Origin: a bacterium
GTDB taxonomy: Bacteria > RBG-13-61-14 > DATKZS01
DNA length: 64,000 nucleotides
Direction: 5' to 3'
Assembly (NCBI GenBank): GCA_963674965.2
Contig: CAXXFL010000005.1
Coordinates: 256,001 to 320,000 of the forward strand
In this document: positions 37,475-46,667 of the stretch, piece after piece
Layout of the letters: every line of letters starts with the position of its first letter
Position numbering within the stretch: the stretch's first letter is position 1
Notes under the pieces: model-generated
What the model saw: the letters and a program-made list of their open reading frames with translations, nothing else
Databases searched by the model: none
Told to the model about the DNA's origin: nothing
Translations under genes and position numbers: made by a program

Positions 37475-38248
37475 ATGTCCTTGATTTTCAAAGAAGTCAG
37501 AGGTGGAGGGGACAACCTGGCCTACGTTATCGGTTGCTCCTCCACCAAGACCGCCGCCGTCGTGGACCCCATCGCCGCGCACGACATCCTCGAGTTCTGC
37601 GAGGAAAAAAAGCTTAAGATCAAGTACGTTCTCAACACCCACGGACATCCCGATCATACCGGGGGAAACGACGTTATCGTCAAGTCCAGCGGGGCCAGGG
37701 TCATGGCCCATAAAGCCGACCGGGTGGCGAACGTGGACGCCGAACTCGAGGATGAGGACGTCATCGAGGTGGGCAAGGTCAAGGTCGGCGTTATTCATAC
37801 TCCGGGACACACGCCCGGGAGCGTCTGTTTTCGCCTCAACAACAAGCTGCTCTCGGGCGACACGGTCTTTTTATCCGGCGCGGGCAACACCAGGTTCGGC
37901 GGAAGCGTCGAGGACCTTTTTAAAAGCTTCGCGGAGAAGATTCTGCCCCTTCCCGCCAAGGTGGCCCTTCATCCAGGTCACGACTACGCCGAGGCTAACC
38001 TTCGTTTCGCCAGGACCGTCGAGCCGGACAACGTGGCCATCGACCATAAGCTCAAGGCACTGAAGGACGCCATAAAAAAGGACGAGACCCTTATCAGCAC
38101 GATCGGCCAGGAAAAGAATTACAACCCCTTTTTCAGGTTTGGAAATCCCGAGCTTATCGAGAGCCTGAAGGCGGAATATCCGGACATCTCCAGCGACGAC
38201 CCTCTTGCCGTCTTCCGCCTCATCCGGGAACTTAGAAACAACTGGTAG
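37475..38248 (+). CDS. Hydroxyacylglutathione hydrolase (glyoxalase II)-like MBL protein
   Basis: DNLAY, THGHPDHTGGN, HTPGHT, SGDTVF, PGHDY, STIGQEKNYNPF. Confidence 0.88.
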   Translation: MSLIFKEVRGGGDNLAYVIGCSSTKTAAVVDPIAAHDILEFCEEKKLKIKYVLNTHGHPDHTGGNDVIVKSSGARVMAHKADRVANVDAELEDEDVIEVGKVKVGVIHTPGHTPGSVCFRLNNKLLSGDTVFLSGAGNTRFGGSVEDLFKSFAEKILPLPAKVALHPGHDYAEANLRFARTVEPDNVAIDHKLKALKDAIKKDETLISTIGQEKNYNPFFRFGNPELIESLKAEYPDISSDDPLAVFRLIRELRNNW

Positions 38249-38292
38249 TCTCCAAGATCGAGGCCCTATTAACCCGCGCCCCGGAGGACCGC

Positions 38293-39726
38293 ATGAAAGC
38301 CGCGTCTTCTAAACCCCGCGTCCTACTGATCAACCCTAATACGCTCAAACCCGCCGTGGCCCCCATCGGACTGGACCTCATCGCCGGCGTCTGCGAAAAG
38401 GCCGGGGTCGAGGCCGCGCTCCTCGACCTTGCGTGGGAGCGGGCGCCTCTCAAGGCCATCGCCCGGGCCGCGGACCGCGTTAATCCCCACTTGGTCGGCG
38501 TCAGCGTCAGGAACGTGGACGACTGCTACTACGCCAGCCAGGCTTTCCTCCTTCCCGCCGCGAGAAGATATGTTCGGGCCGTGAAAAAGGCCACCGACGC
38601 TCCCATCGTTGTGGGGGGCGTGGGTTTCTCCGCCATTCCCGGCCCGGCGCTCGAGTACCTGGGCGCCGACTTCGGGATCAGGGGAGACGGGGAGGACTCC
38701 TTTCCCGAGCTGGCCAAAAGGATCGCCGGGAAAGCCGGTCCCGAGGGGGTTCCGGGGCTGTTCACGCCGGGCTCGAAAGTCCCGCCTCCCGCCAGGGCCT
38801 CGGCCAAGACCGTCGCCGATATTATTCGGGGAGCGGTGGACCAGGGGAAATATTTCCGGCTGGGCGGACAGGCGGGGATCGAGACGCAGCGCGGCTGTCC
38901 GGGCAAGTGTACCTATTGCGCCGACCCCGCGGCCAAGGGCAAGGTGACAAGGTTCAGGGACCCCGAGTCCGTAGCCTGGGAGATGGGCCGGATGGCGAGG
39001 ATGGGCGTAAACGTCTTCCATCTTTGCGACAGCGAGCTGAACATTAAGAGGAGCCACGTCGAGGGCCTGTGTAAGGCCGTCATCAAAGCGGGACTCGAGA
39101 AGAAAATCACCTGGTACGCCTACGCCAAGCCCAAGCCGATGGACGACGACCTGGCCCGCCTCCTGAAAAGCGCCGGATGCGTCGGGATCGACTTCGGGGC
39201 CGACTCGGCCTCGGCCGAGGTGCTCCAATCCTTTAAAAGAGACTTCGATCCCGGGGACCTGGAAACCTGCGCCCGCGCCTTAAAGAGGGCCGGCATCGTC
39301 TTCATGTACGACCTGCTGCTGGGCGGGCCCGCCGAGAGCCGGAAAACTCTCGAGAAGACGATAGGGCGCGTGAAAAAAATCCGGCCCCACCGGGTGGGCG
39401 TGAGCTTCGGCGTCCGCCTCTTTCCCCAGACCGAGCTGGGAGAGTCGGTTATAAAAGCCGGCCCCCTGGCGGAAAACCCGAGCGTGAAGGGAGTGGTCCA
39501 GGACAACCAGGGACTGTTGCGGCCCGTCTTCTTCGTTTCCGAAAAGCTCGGGCCCCGCCCCGAGGCCTATCTTCAGAAACTGATCGGCGACGACCCCATC
39601 TTCCTTTTCGCCTCCAGCGAGGAAAAGGACAGGAACTACAACTACAACGACAACGCCCCCCTCTGTCGCGCCATCCGCAAGGGCGCGAGAGGGGCCTTCT
39701 GGGACATCATCAGGAGGGGAGTGTAG
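38293..39726 (+). CDS. Cobalamin-dependent radical SAM protein, TsrM-like subfamily
   Basis: INPN..P..AP..LD, RNVD, GGVGFS, RGCPGKCTYC, HLCDSELN, C-terminal RGAFW. Confidence 0.85.
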   Translation: MKAASSKPRVLLINPNTLKPAVAPIGLDLIAGVCEKAGVEAALLDLAWERAPLKAIARAADRVNPHLVGVSVRNVDDCYYASQAFLLPAARRYVRAVKKATDAPIVVGGVGFSAIPGPALEYLGADFGIRGDGEDSFPELAKRIAGKAGPEGVPGLFTPGSKVPPPARASAKTVADIIRGAVDQGKYFRLGGQAGIETQRGCPGKCTYCADPAAKGKVTRFRDPESVAWEMGRMARMGVNVFHLCDSELNIKRSHVEGLCKAVIKAGLEKKITWYAYAKPKPMDDDLARLLKSAGCVGIDFGADSASAEVLQSFKRDFDPGDLETCARALKRAGIVFMYDLLLGGPAESRKTLEKTIGRVKKIRPHRVGVSFGVRLFPQTELGESVIKAGPLAENPSVKGVVQDNQGLLRPVFFVSEKLGPRPEAYLQKLIGDDPIFLFASSEEKDRNYNYNDNAPLCRAIRKGARGAFWDIIRRGV

Positions 39727-39750
39727 GCGAGGTGAAGGATATCAAGCCGA

Positions 39751-40485
39751 TCAGTTAGTAGTGGTTTGCGAATTGGGGAAACCATCGAGGAAGGAGTCGA
39801 TGGTTTTGAATAACTCTTTCAGGTCCGAAAATTTTTCTCCCAGTTCGAGATATATCCTAGCGTAGTCCAGCAGGGAGACGACGGTTTCGACGGTGCTTTT
39901 GCTTTTGTTATAGGTTTTACAGCATAGGCCGTAGATGTTTTTCAAATCTTCCGCTGGATGGGGTCTTTGCATCATGTCATCCGCTCTGGGATCGAATCCC
40001 ATTTCGGTTTTAATTTTTTCAATTGTCAGTCTTGAGTCCAATTTCTCGAAATGCGAGTACTCCGCCAGGAACCATGCCTCGATCTCCATGATGGCCAATA
40101 CGAATTGCGGAGGGAAAGGGATTATTTCCTGGTGAGAAGAGAGCCTGGTCCTTAATTGAGTTATTTCTTGAAATGAGAAGTTTGGGTATACATCTCTAAT
40201 GCCCACAATTGCCTTGTAATTCTTGGATATGAGGGAATTGTATTGATCATTGATGTCAGAGGCGACACTTTGTTCACCAGTCGAGTCGACTATAAGCACG
40301 TAAAAACCGTCTTTTAGGTTCTTCGATATCGTTTTCAGACTGATCATTCTTCGAGGATAGCTTGAGCCTCCCGTGGCTTTTCTTCTATCGAAGACAATTC
40401 CGATATTTCCCGCGATTTCCTTTATCAGCCTTTCTATGAATATCTGTTCCGTTTGCCCTTCCACGAAAATCGCTATTCTATGCAT
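39751..40485 (-). CDS. DUF4276/RloB-like TOPRIM-related protein
   Basis: IFVEGQTEQIF, GIRDVY, MEIEAWFLA, HPAEDL; AT-rich; begins right after the ATPase stop. Confidence 0.7.
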   Translation of the reverse strand: MHRIAIFVEGQTEQIFIERLIKEIAGNIGIVFDRRKATGGSSYPRRMISLKTISKNLKDGFYVLIVDSTGEQSVASDINDQYNSLISKNYKAIVGIRDVYPNFSFQEITQLRTRLSSHQEIIPFPPQFVLAIMEIEAWFLAEYSHFEKLDSRLTIEKIKTEMGFDPRADDMMQRPHPAEDLKNIYGLCCKTYNKSKSTVETVVSLLDYARIYLELGEKFSDLKELFKTIDSFLDGFPNSQTTTN

Positions 40486-40486
40486 C

Positions 40487-41641
40487 TCATGATTCCTCGC
40501 CATTTATGAAGTCCGTGGCAAAGAAATCAAAGTTGTTGAGGCCGGTGAATTTGAAATCGTCGAATTTTTCTTGAGAGTTTTTATAATTGTAAATCTTGCA
40601 TATGGCGCCCTTACGGCTGATTAGATGCCAATATTCAAGAGGCACCTTGTTCATCACGAAACGGTCGTTGGTGGACATGATAAGCTGGATGTTGGTTCCC
40701 TTGACTTTTTCCATCAGCAGTTCAATCAGAGCGCACGACCTTTCAAAGTCGAGGCCTTCCCCAACGTCGTCTATCAATATGGCGCTGGGGTGATTCCCCA
40801 TCACAAGGTAATTCAAATGAATGATAATCGACAACGCTCGGAACATACCCTGGGACATGTCATGCTGTTCGGTGGGGGCAGCCAGATCTTGTTCTTTAAC
40901 GCTTATGTAAACATACTCATCGGAAGGAGAAGGAAAACGAAATGAGATGGATGAAGGCGGAGAAAGAGATATCGACTCCGCTGGATATTCAATTTTTTTA
41001 AAATCTTCCAAGATATTTGCTATAAAGTTTTTCCCATACTCATTGTTTCCCGTTCGCAACACTTCTACTACCAGATTGGCGTCCTTAGGGAAAAAATCCG
41101 TCTTGATATTTTCATCAATTATGTTCTTCGCGAGAATATCTTTGCCCATTGGCGTGCCGAAATAATAGATACATAAGTATTTACCCCATTTATATAAAGG
41201 CTCGAAGTAACCATGTTGGATAGAATCCCTTCTGGCAAAGACCGCGACCTCACTGTCGGGTGATTGGAATTTATCGAGTTCTCCCTTGTCTGCGCGTTCC
41301 GTATAAAATATCTCTCCCTCTCCACCAACCCCTCTTTTAAGTAATATCTTTTCCCCTCTCTTTAATTCTTCGGACACTACTTTCTGATCTTTGTATAATA
41401 ATGAATAGAAGTAATTATCATCATCGCCTTCGAATTCAACATGATAGTTGCCTGATGCCTGCAATGGTTTTCTTTCTCCGCATACCAATTTTGCGAGAGT
41501 ATTGATGATCGCAAGCGTTCTTGTCTTTCCCGAGGCGTTTTTCCCGACGAGGAGATTAATATCGTTTAGCTCGAATTCCTCAAGTCTCCATTCTCGCGGG
41601 TCGCCTTCATGCTGAAGATATCGGATTTTGTTGAGTTTCAT
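40487..41641 (-). CDS. ABC/AAA_21-type ATPase (degenerate Walker B and H-loop)
   Basis: LLVGKNASGKT, MSQG signature, ILIDDVGEGLD, MSTND; AT-rich. Confidence 0.85.
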   Translation of the reverse strand: MKLNKIRYLQHEGDPREWRLEEFELNDINLLVGKNASGKTRTLAIINTLAKLVCGERKPLQASGNYHVEFEGDDDNYFYSLLYKDQKVVSEELKRGEKILLKRGVGGEGEIFYTERADKGELDKFQSPDSEVAVFARRDSIQHGYFEPLYKWGKYLCIYYFGTPMGKDILAKNIIDENIKTDFFPKDANLVVEVLRTGNNEYGKNFIANILEDFKKIEYPAESISLSPPSSISFRFPSPSDEYVYISVKEQDLAAPTEQHDMSQGMFRALSIIIHLNYLVMGNHPSAILIDDVGEGLDFERSCALIELLMEKVKGTNIQLIMSTNDRFVMNKVPLEYWHLISRKGAICKIYNYKNSQEKFDDFKFTGLNNFDFFATDFINGEES

Positions 41642-41829
41642 GGTTGAACCTCACTCGGTTGAGTCGGGTTTGGAATAATTACTTTTCCCATCCAAGCGGA
41701 TGGCCTTGTGAGGTCATTATATACTCATTGAACAAACCGCACAATGGAGTAAAGGCTTTATCCAACCGATGGGCGGCCCTGTAGACTATCGTCCTCTTGG
41801 GACTCTGGCGGGTTTTTCGAGGGCGGCGC

Positions 41830-42243
41830 TCAGTATACGAAAAGGAGGCCGGCGGTTATCGCGATTATCAGGACGGCCAGGCCCAGACAGCCGCTTTTGG
41901 GCTTTCCTCCCGAGAAATCGAGGGGGGTCCAGGGAAAATCGCTCGTCCAGTTCGAGTCGTTTTGCGCGTATTTATTGAAGGCGTCGATAATTTGCCCGAT
42001 CCTCAGGGACGGGTCGGAGCACTCGTAGTGGCTTTGTTCGCCGCCTTCCCGGTACTCGAGGACCAATCCTTGCTCGGACGTTCCGGCGGCCTGGATGAAA
42101 TATTCACCTTCATCCTCCCGCGAGAGGATTACGAAGTCCGCCTCCCCCCGCGCCATCTTCTCGAGCGCCTCGTGGATTTGGCCGGAAGAGGGATCGATTA
42201 TTTCCGCGCCGCCGTCTATCTCAAGTTTCATGTTTTCCTCCAC
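41830..42243 (-). CDS. Hypothetical protein with C-terminal membrane anchor
   Basis: 137 aa, starts 10 nt after the aminopropyltransferase stop; C-terminal KSGCLGLAVLIIAITAGLLFVY. Confidence 0.7.
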   Translation of the reverse strand: MEENMKLEIDGGAEIIDPSSGQIHEALEKMARGEADFVILSREDEGEYFIQAAGTSEQGLVLEYREGGEQSHYECSDPSLRIGQIIDAFNKYAQNDSNWTSDFPWTPLDFSGGKPKSGCLGLAVLIIAITAGLLFVY

Positions 42244-42253
42244 CCGATCGGGC

Positions 42254-43792
42254 TCACTGGTTGAACTCTTTATAGCCTTGGTTGTAATACTGGACCAGGA
42301 CCTGGTTGTCCAGCCGGTTGATCTCGGTTTGTCTCGGGCTCATGTCGCGGGGAAAGTCGAACATGGCCGCCATGGTCCTCTCGTCCAGGAAGCGGGTGGG
42401 CACGCTTATATCGAGGCGGCTAAGGTCGATGGGCGAGGGCGAGGCCAGGGTGAAGCCCCATTCCCCGAAGGAGGGGACGTTGACGTGATAGGGCCTGACG
42501 TGGAACTTTCCGTCCTCGGCGTGGGCCACGGGCGCGTCGGCCACCGTGTTCACGATGCACCAGAAGGCGTCGGCCGCGAAAAAGGGCGAGCTGCTCTGCA
42601 CGGAGAGGGCGCCTTTAATATCCAGCCGTCTTCCCACCAGGGTGAAGAAGCTCCTGGTGTAGAGCTTGCCCAGGGTCAGGTCGTTGGGGTCGGGCAGGTC
42701 CATGATTATCACGTCGTAGGTCTTGGGGCATTCCTCGAGGTACTTCATGGCGTCGAGGTTTACGACCTTGACGCGCGGGTCGCGGAGGGACCCGCTATTG
42801 GCCTGGGCCAGGAAGTCGTTGTCGCGGAAGAGCCGGGTCATTTCCGGGTCGAAATCGACCAGGTCGATGGACTTCACTTCCTTATATTTGAGTATCTCGC
42901 GGGCGGCCATTCCGTCGCCGCCGCCGAGGATGAGGACCGAGTCCCTTCTCGCGGCCAGGCTCATGGCGGGATGGATAAGGCTCTCGTGGTACCTGTACTC
43001 GTCCTTGGAGGAGAACTGGAGCTTGCCGTCCAGGAAGAGTCGGAGGTCGTCCCTCCACTTGGTCAGGATGATGCGCTGATACGGGGTCTGCCGGGCGTAT
43101 ATGATCTCGTCCGGATATATCTTTTCCTCCATGAAGCTCACGGCGTGGCCCGAGAACAAAAAGCCCGAGCCCACGACGATGGTCCCGGCGGCGGCGTAGA
43201 CCTTGAGGGTGGAAAATCCGGCCAGCCTTTCCTTGAAGTAGACGATGCCCATCCAGGCCACGGCCAGGTTGAGGAGGCCGAACAAAAAGGAGGAGCGCAT
43301 GAGACCCAGATGGGGCACGAGCAAAAAGGGAAACATCAGGGACGCGGCCAGGGCGCCCACGTAGTCGAGAGTCATCACGTTCGAGACGGTCAGCCGAAGC
43401 GACTCCTCCCCTTCCCGCAGGATGCGGATGATGAGGGGTATCTCGAAGCCGATAAGGCACCCGATGCCTCCCGCCACCATGACCATGGCCGCGAAGTAGC
43501 TCTGGGTATAGGTGAAGAAGGCGAACAGGACGGCGGCCGAGCACCCTCCCAGGACGCCGACCGCGATCTCGATCTGGAGGAAGCGAAGGAGCAGGTTTTT
43601 CGTGATGAACTTGGTCAGATAGGAGCCGATTCCCATGGCGGTAAGGAAAAGGCCGATCACCAGGGAGAACTGGGTTATCGAGTTCCCCATCAGGTAGCTG
43701 CCCACGGCCCCCACTACCAGCTCGTAGATAAGGGACGAGACGGCCACCAGGAACACGGATATGAGCAGTACCAGGGAGCCGGACCGGTCCAT
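42254..43792 (-). CDS. speE: Membrane-bound polyamine aminopropyltransferase (spermidine synthase with N-terminal multi-TM domain)
   Basis: SLIYEL.. TM region; QTPYQRI, LQFSSKDEYRYHESL, LGGGDG..AREILKY, DLPDP, VPSFGEWGF. Confidence 0.9.
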   Translation of the reverse strand: MDRSGSLVLLISVFLVAVSSLIYELVVGAVGSYLMGNSITQFSLVIGLFLTAMGIGSYLTKFITKNLLLRFLQIEIAVGVLGGCSAAVLFAFFTYTQSYFAAMVMVAGGIGCLIGFEIPLIIRILREGEESLRLTVSNVMTLDYVGALAASLMFPFLLVPHLGLMRSSFLFGLLNLAVAWMGIVYFKERLAGFSTLKVYAAAGTIVVGSGFLFSGHAVSFMEEKIYPDEIIYARQTPYQRIILTKWRDDLRLFLDGKLQFSSKDEYRYHESLIHPAMSLAARRDSVLILGGGDGMAAREILKYKEVKSIDLVDFDPEMTRLFRDNDFLAQANSGSLRDPRVKVVNLDAMKYLEECPKTYDVIIMDLPDPNDLTLGKLYTRSFFTLVGRRLDIKGALSVQSSSPFFAADAFWCIVNTVADAPVAHAEDGKFHVRPYHVNVPSFGEWGFTLASPSPIDLSRLDISVPTRFLDERTMAAMFDFPRDMSPRQTEINRLDNQVLVQYYNQGYKEFNQ

Positions 43793-43796
43793 GAAA

Positions 43797-44084
43797 CTAC
43801 CTGTCAGGCTGGGTGACCTCCAGCGGCGCCTTGAAGTGAGGGTTCGATTTGGTCGAGGCCGGAGAGCAGATGGCCGCCGCGATGATTATGGCCAGGCCGA
43901 CTATCATGGCCCCGATGATGACGCCAAGGGCCACGTTCTGGTCCTCCTCGATCTCCTTGCGCACGGGCATGGGGATGATGAACTCGATGATAAAATAGGC
44001 CACCATGAAAAAGCCCAGACCGATTACGCAGTAAACCAGGGTCGAGACGATCTCCGAAAGATGGACGTCCGCGAATATCTCCAT
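43797..44084 (-). CDS. DUF350 family small membrane protein
   Basis: Y..IGL..IE...P..RKEIEEDQNVALGVIIGAMIVGLAIIIAAAI; RBS GGGAGG. Confidence 0.88.
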   Translation of the reverse strand: MEIFADVHLSEIVSTLVYCVIGLGFFMVAYFIIEFIIPMPVRKEIEEDQNVALGVIIGAMIVGLAIIIAAAICSPASTKSNPHFKAPLEVTQPDR

Positions 44085-44164
44085 TTGATTTCCTCCCGTA
44101 TTAAAGGCGTACGCCGGATACCCCGGCGACGCGCCGTTTCCTTGTCAGTGGCCGCTTGCTCCCG

Positions 44165-44335
44165 TCACTTGCCCATGAACATGGCGTGCGTCCTGCTCCG
44201 AGAGCCGCTCACGCTTCCCTGCTTAACGTTTCCCTTGGCGTCGCGCTTGGGCGCGGCCAGGCCCCACCCGGCGTAGCTGGCGTAAGCGGTCAGGAAGAAG
44301 GCCGCCGTCATGGAGGCGATAAATATTTTAGTCAT
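44165..44335 (-). CDS. 56-aa membrane peptide ending in Gly-Lys (absent from the ORF track)
   Basis: Hand translation MTKIFIASMTAAFFLTAYASYAGWGLAAPKRDAKGNVKQGSVSGSRSRTHAMFMGK; ATG overlaps the upstream stop (ATGACTAA); host-like codons. Confidence 0.75.
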   Translation of the reverse strand: MTKIFIASMTAAFFLTAYASYAGWGLAAPKRDAKGNVKQGSVSGSRSRTHAMFMGK

Positions 44336-45887
44336 CGTCGTCATTCAAGTCCCCCACTCTCTTGCCCTGGTAGGATGAGAACCTTATAAACTCCACCAGG
44401 GGAAAGAAAAGGCAAATTATTGCCATGATGATAAAGTAGCGATAAAGCATGGCCCCCTTGTACACGGTGACGTTGACCGTCTCCCGCCTCGGTCCGCCCG
44501 AGGTCCCCGAGCCGGCGTCGCCGCTGAAGCTGAGGCGGTACTCGCCGGCCTTGTCGATTTTAAAGGCCGCGCTCGCGCTTCTCGATCCCTCCGACCAGTC
44601 CGAGCCGGAGTAATAGGCCATCTCCTTGCCCAGTCCGACCACCGTCTGATTGGACGCGTCGATCACGTTAATATCCATGAAAATCCAGGAGTTCGACAAA
44701 GGGGCCTCAAGCTTGAGCTTGACCACCGTGGGCTTGGTGAAATTGATCGGTTGCGAAAGATAGGGCTGGTTCTTGTTCAGGTATTGATCGGCGCTGACGC
44801 TGAAATTGGCGACCTTTCTCGGCGTGACGCAGGGTCCAATAAGCATGATCAGGAAAAGGCCCGCGAAGATAAGCGAGGCGATGGTGACCTGTTTTCTCCA
44901 CGCCGCCCGCTGATAGGGCTGGTTCCTGGCCACCCCCACCGGGATGGGCATGTTCTTGACCTGGAAGGCATGAGCGATCGTCTCGGGCGTCACGTACTCG
45001 CCCGAGAGCCACTCGAGTTCCTGCTCGGTCCATTCCGCGCTGAGCATGAGTGGCGGGCTGACCGCGTCCAGGTAATCGACCTTGTCCCCCACCATGGCCT
45101 GGTAGGTGAACTCTCCCTCGATATAGGTTATCTGGGCCTGGGCCTTGTCCACCACCTGGAAGTTCCGGCCGTAATGGGAAAACTTGTCGCCCAGGGAGCA
45201 CCAGCGCGGGTTGAAGGCCGGCTTGTTCTTGCCCTTGCGCATATAGGTCCAATGGCCGTCCTCGAGGACCAGCCAGGCGTAACCGTTTTGAGGGTTGAAT
45301 AAAAGGAACTCGTCCCAAGAGTAGATGCCCTCCTCGAGCATCCGCACCCGGCCGATCACCTCCCACTCGATCCCCTTCAGGCTCCCCCTCGAGCCCAGCG
45401 GCAGCGGGGAGGCGGGCCTCTTTTCGAGGAGCACCTTCCTCAGGACCTTGTAGTCGGGGGAGTTCAGGTCGAGCACCGAGCCGCAATAGGAGCAGCTTAC
45501 CATCTCGGCCATGGCCTCGTTTTTTATCTCGATGGGAGCGCCGCAGTTCGTGCACTTGATGTTCTTGGGCTTGGCCGAGACCTGCCTTTTGATAAGCTTC
45601 CTTTTGGGGGGCGTCCGGGGCGGGACGCCCTGGCCGGGCGGAGGCTGGGAGGCGTCAACTCCCGGCTGGACCTGGGGCTGGGACGGCGACTGGATCGGGG
45701 CCGCCGGGTCGGGCCCGTTTCCGAATCCGGGTATGGGAGGCGGGGCCACGTCGGGCTGCCGGAGTTCCTGAAGCCTCTTCATGGGCAACACCTTGCCGCA
45801 ATGGGGGCAGCGAGAGTGTCCCACCGGGATATTGGCGACGTCGACCTCTTTCTGGCAGTAAAGGCACTGTAATATTTTATCGCTCAT
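44328..45887 (-). CDS. DUF4178 domain protein with zinc ribbons, Pro-rich linker and two TMs
   Basis: CLYC/CPHC and CTNCGA/CSYCGS pairs; LPLGSRG..VIGRVR..WDEFLLF..GYAWLV..GHW; YIEGEF. Confidence 0.85.
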   Translation of the reverse strand: MSDKILQCLYCQKEVDVANIPVGHSRCPHCGKVLPMKRLQELRQPDVAPPPIPGFGNGPDPAAPIQSPSQPQVQPGVDASQPPPGQGVPPRTPPKRKLIKRQVSAKPKNIKCTNCGAPIEIKNEAMAEMVSCSYCGSVLDLNSPDYKVLRKVLLEKRPASPLPLGSRGSLKGIEWEVIGRVRMLEEGIYSWDEFLLFNPQNGYAWLVLEDGHWTYMRKGKNKPAFNPRWCSLGDKFSHYGRNFQVVDKAQAQITYIEGEFTYQAMVGDKVDYLDAVSPPLMLSAEWTEQELEWLSGEYVTPETIAHAFQVKNMPIPVGVARNQPYQRAAWRKQVTIASLIFAGLFLIMLIGPCVTPRKVANFSVSADQYLNKNQPYLSQPINFTKPTVVKLKLEAPLSNSWIFMDINVIDASNQTVVGLGKEMAYYSGSDWSEGSRSASAAFKIDKAGEYRLSFSGDAGSGTSGGPRRETVNVTVYKGAMLYRYFIIMAIICLFFPLVEFIRFSSYQGKRVGDLNDDDD

Positions 45888-45909
45888 TGCCGTTCACCCG
45901 CGCCTCGCG

Positions 45910-46566
45910 TCACGCGTCGCTCCAGCCCGATCCATCCTCCTGGTCATCCTTGGGGTAATCGAGCTTGATCTCGCCAACGTCCACCCACTCCCCCACGAAG
46001 ACCTCGGGCGCTCCCTCCGTGTACTCGATGGTGACCATGTAGTCGCCCTGCGACGCCTCGACGTAAGGAAATTGCCGGTCCTTGGTCAGCACCCAGGGAA
46101 GGCTGCCCTCGGCGCCCTCCAGGTAGGCCACGTCCTTCTCGTCGACGATCACGAATTTTCCCTCGACCACCAACTGCCCGCCGGGCGAGACCTGGCTATA
46201 GGCCGGTATCTGAACGGGGCCCCGGACGGCGCGCTCGAAGCTGAACTCGTACTCGTCCTCCGCAATCCAGCCGTAGCTCCCGTCCTCGAAGGCCAGGTAC
46301 CACTCGTCCCAAAAACCCTTGGCGTAACGGTAACGCACCCGGCCCGCCACCTCGAAGCGCTTGCCCCGGACCTGGCCCGTCGCGTGAAGATAAAGGGGGG
46401 TCGGGTACTCGACCAGGATGGCCATGTCGCCCATGGCCAGGACCGCGTCGTCTTGCCAGACCATGGCCCCGCCGCAGTACTCGCAAACGGCCATGGCCGC
46501 GAACCTGTCGATGTCCTCGATCAGGGCCCCGCAGTTGGGGCAACTGACTTTCTTGTAATTGACCAT
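45910..46566 (-). CDS. DUF4178 domain protein with N-terminal zinc ribbon
   Basis: CPNCGA/CEYCG; FEVAGRVRYRY..GFWDEWYLAF.DG..GWIAED; AEGSLP. Confidence 0.85.
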   Translation of the reverse strand: MVNYKKVSCPNCGALIEDIDRFAAMAVCEYCGGAMVWQDDAVLAMGDMAILVEYPTPLYLHATGQVRGKRFEVAGRVRYRYAKGFWDEWYLAFEDGSYGWIAEDEYEFSFERAVRGPVQIPAYSQVSPGGQLVVEGKFVIVDEKDVAYLEGAEGSLPWVLTKDRQFPYVEASQGDYMVTIEYTEGAPEVFVGEWVDVGEIKLDYPKDDQEDGSGWSDA

Positions 46567-46605
46567 AATCAGCCTTTGAAGCCGGGAAGGGCGCCCGGTT
46601 ACGTT

Positions 46606-46634
46606 ACACTATTAAATCCGCGAGCCGATGTCAA
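46606..46634 (-). promoter_or_regulatory. Putative sigma70 promoter of the DUF4178 operon
   Basis: Minus strand TTGACA-N17-TAGTGT between slyD and the first DUF4178 gene. Confidence 0.55.
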
Positions 46635-46667
46635 CGGCCAAGGGGCGTCGCTCTTTCAGACTTCGTT

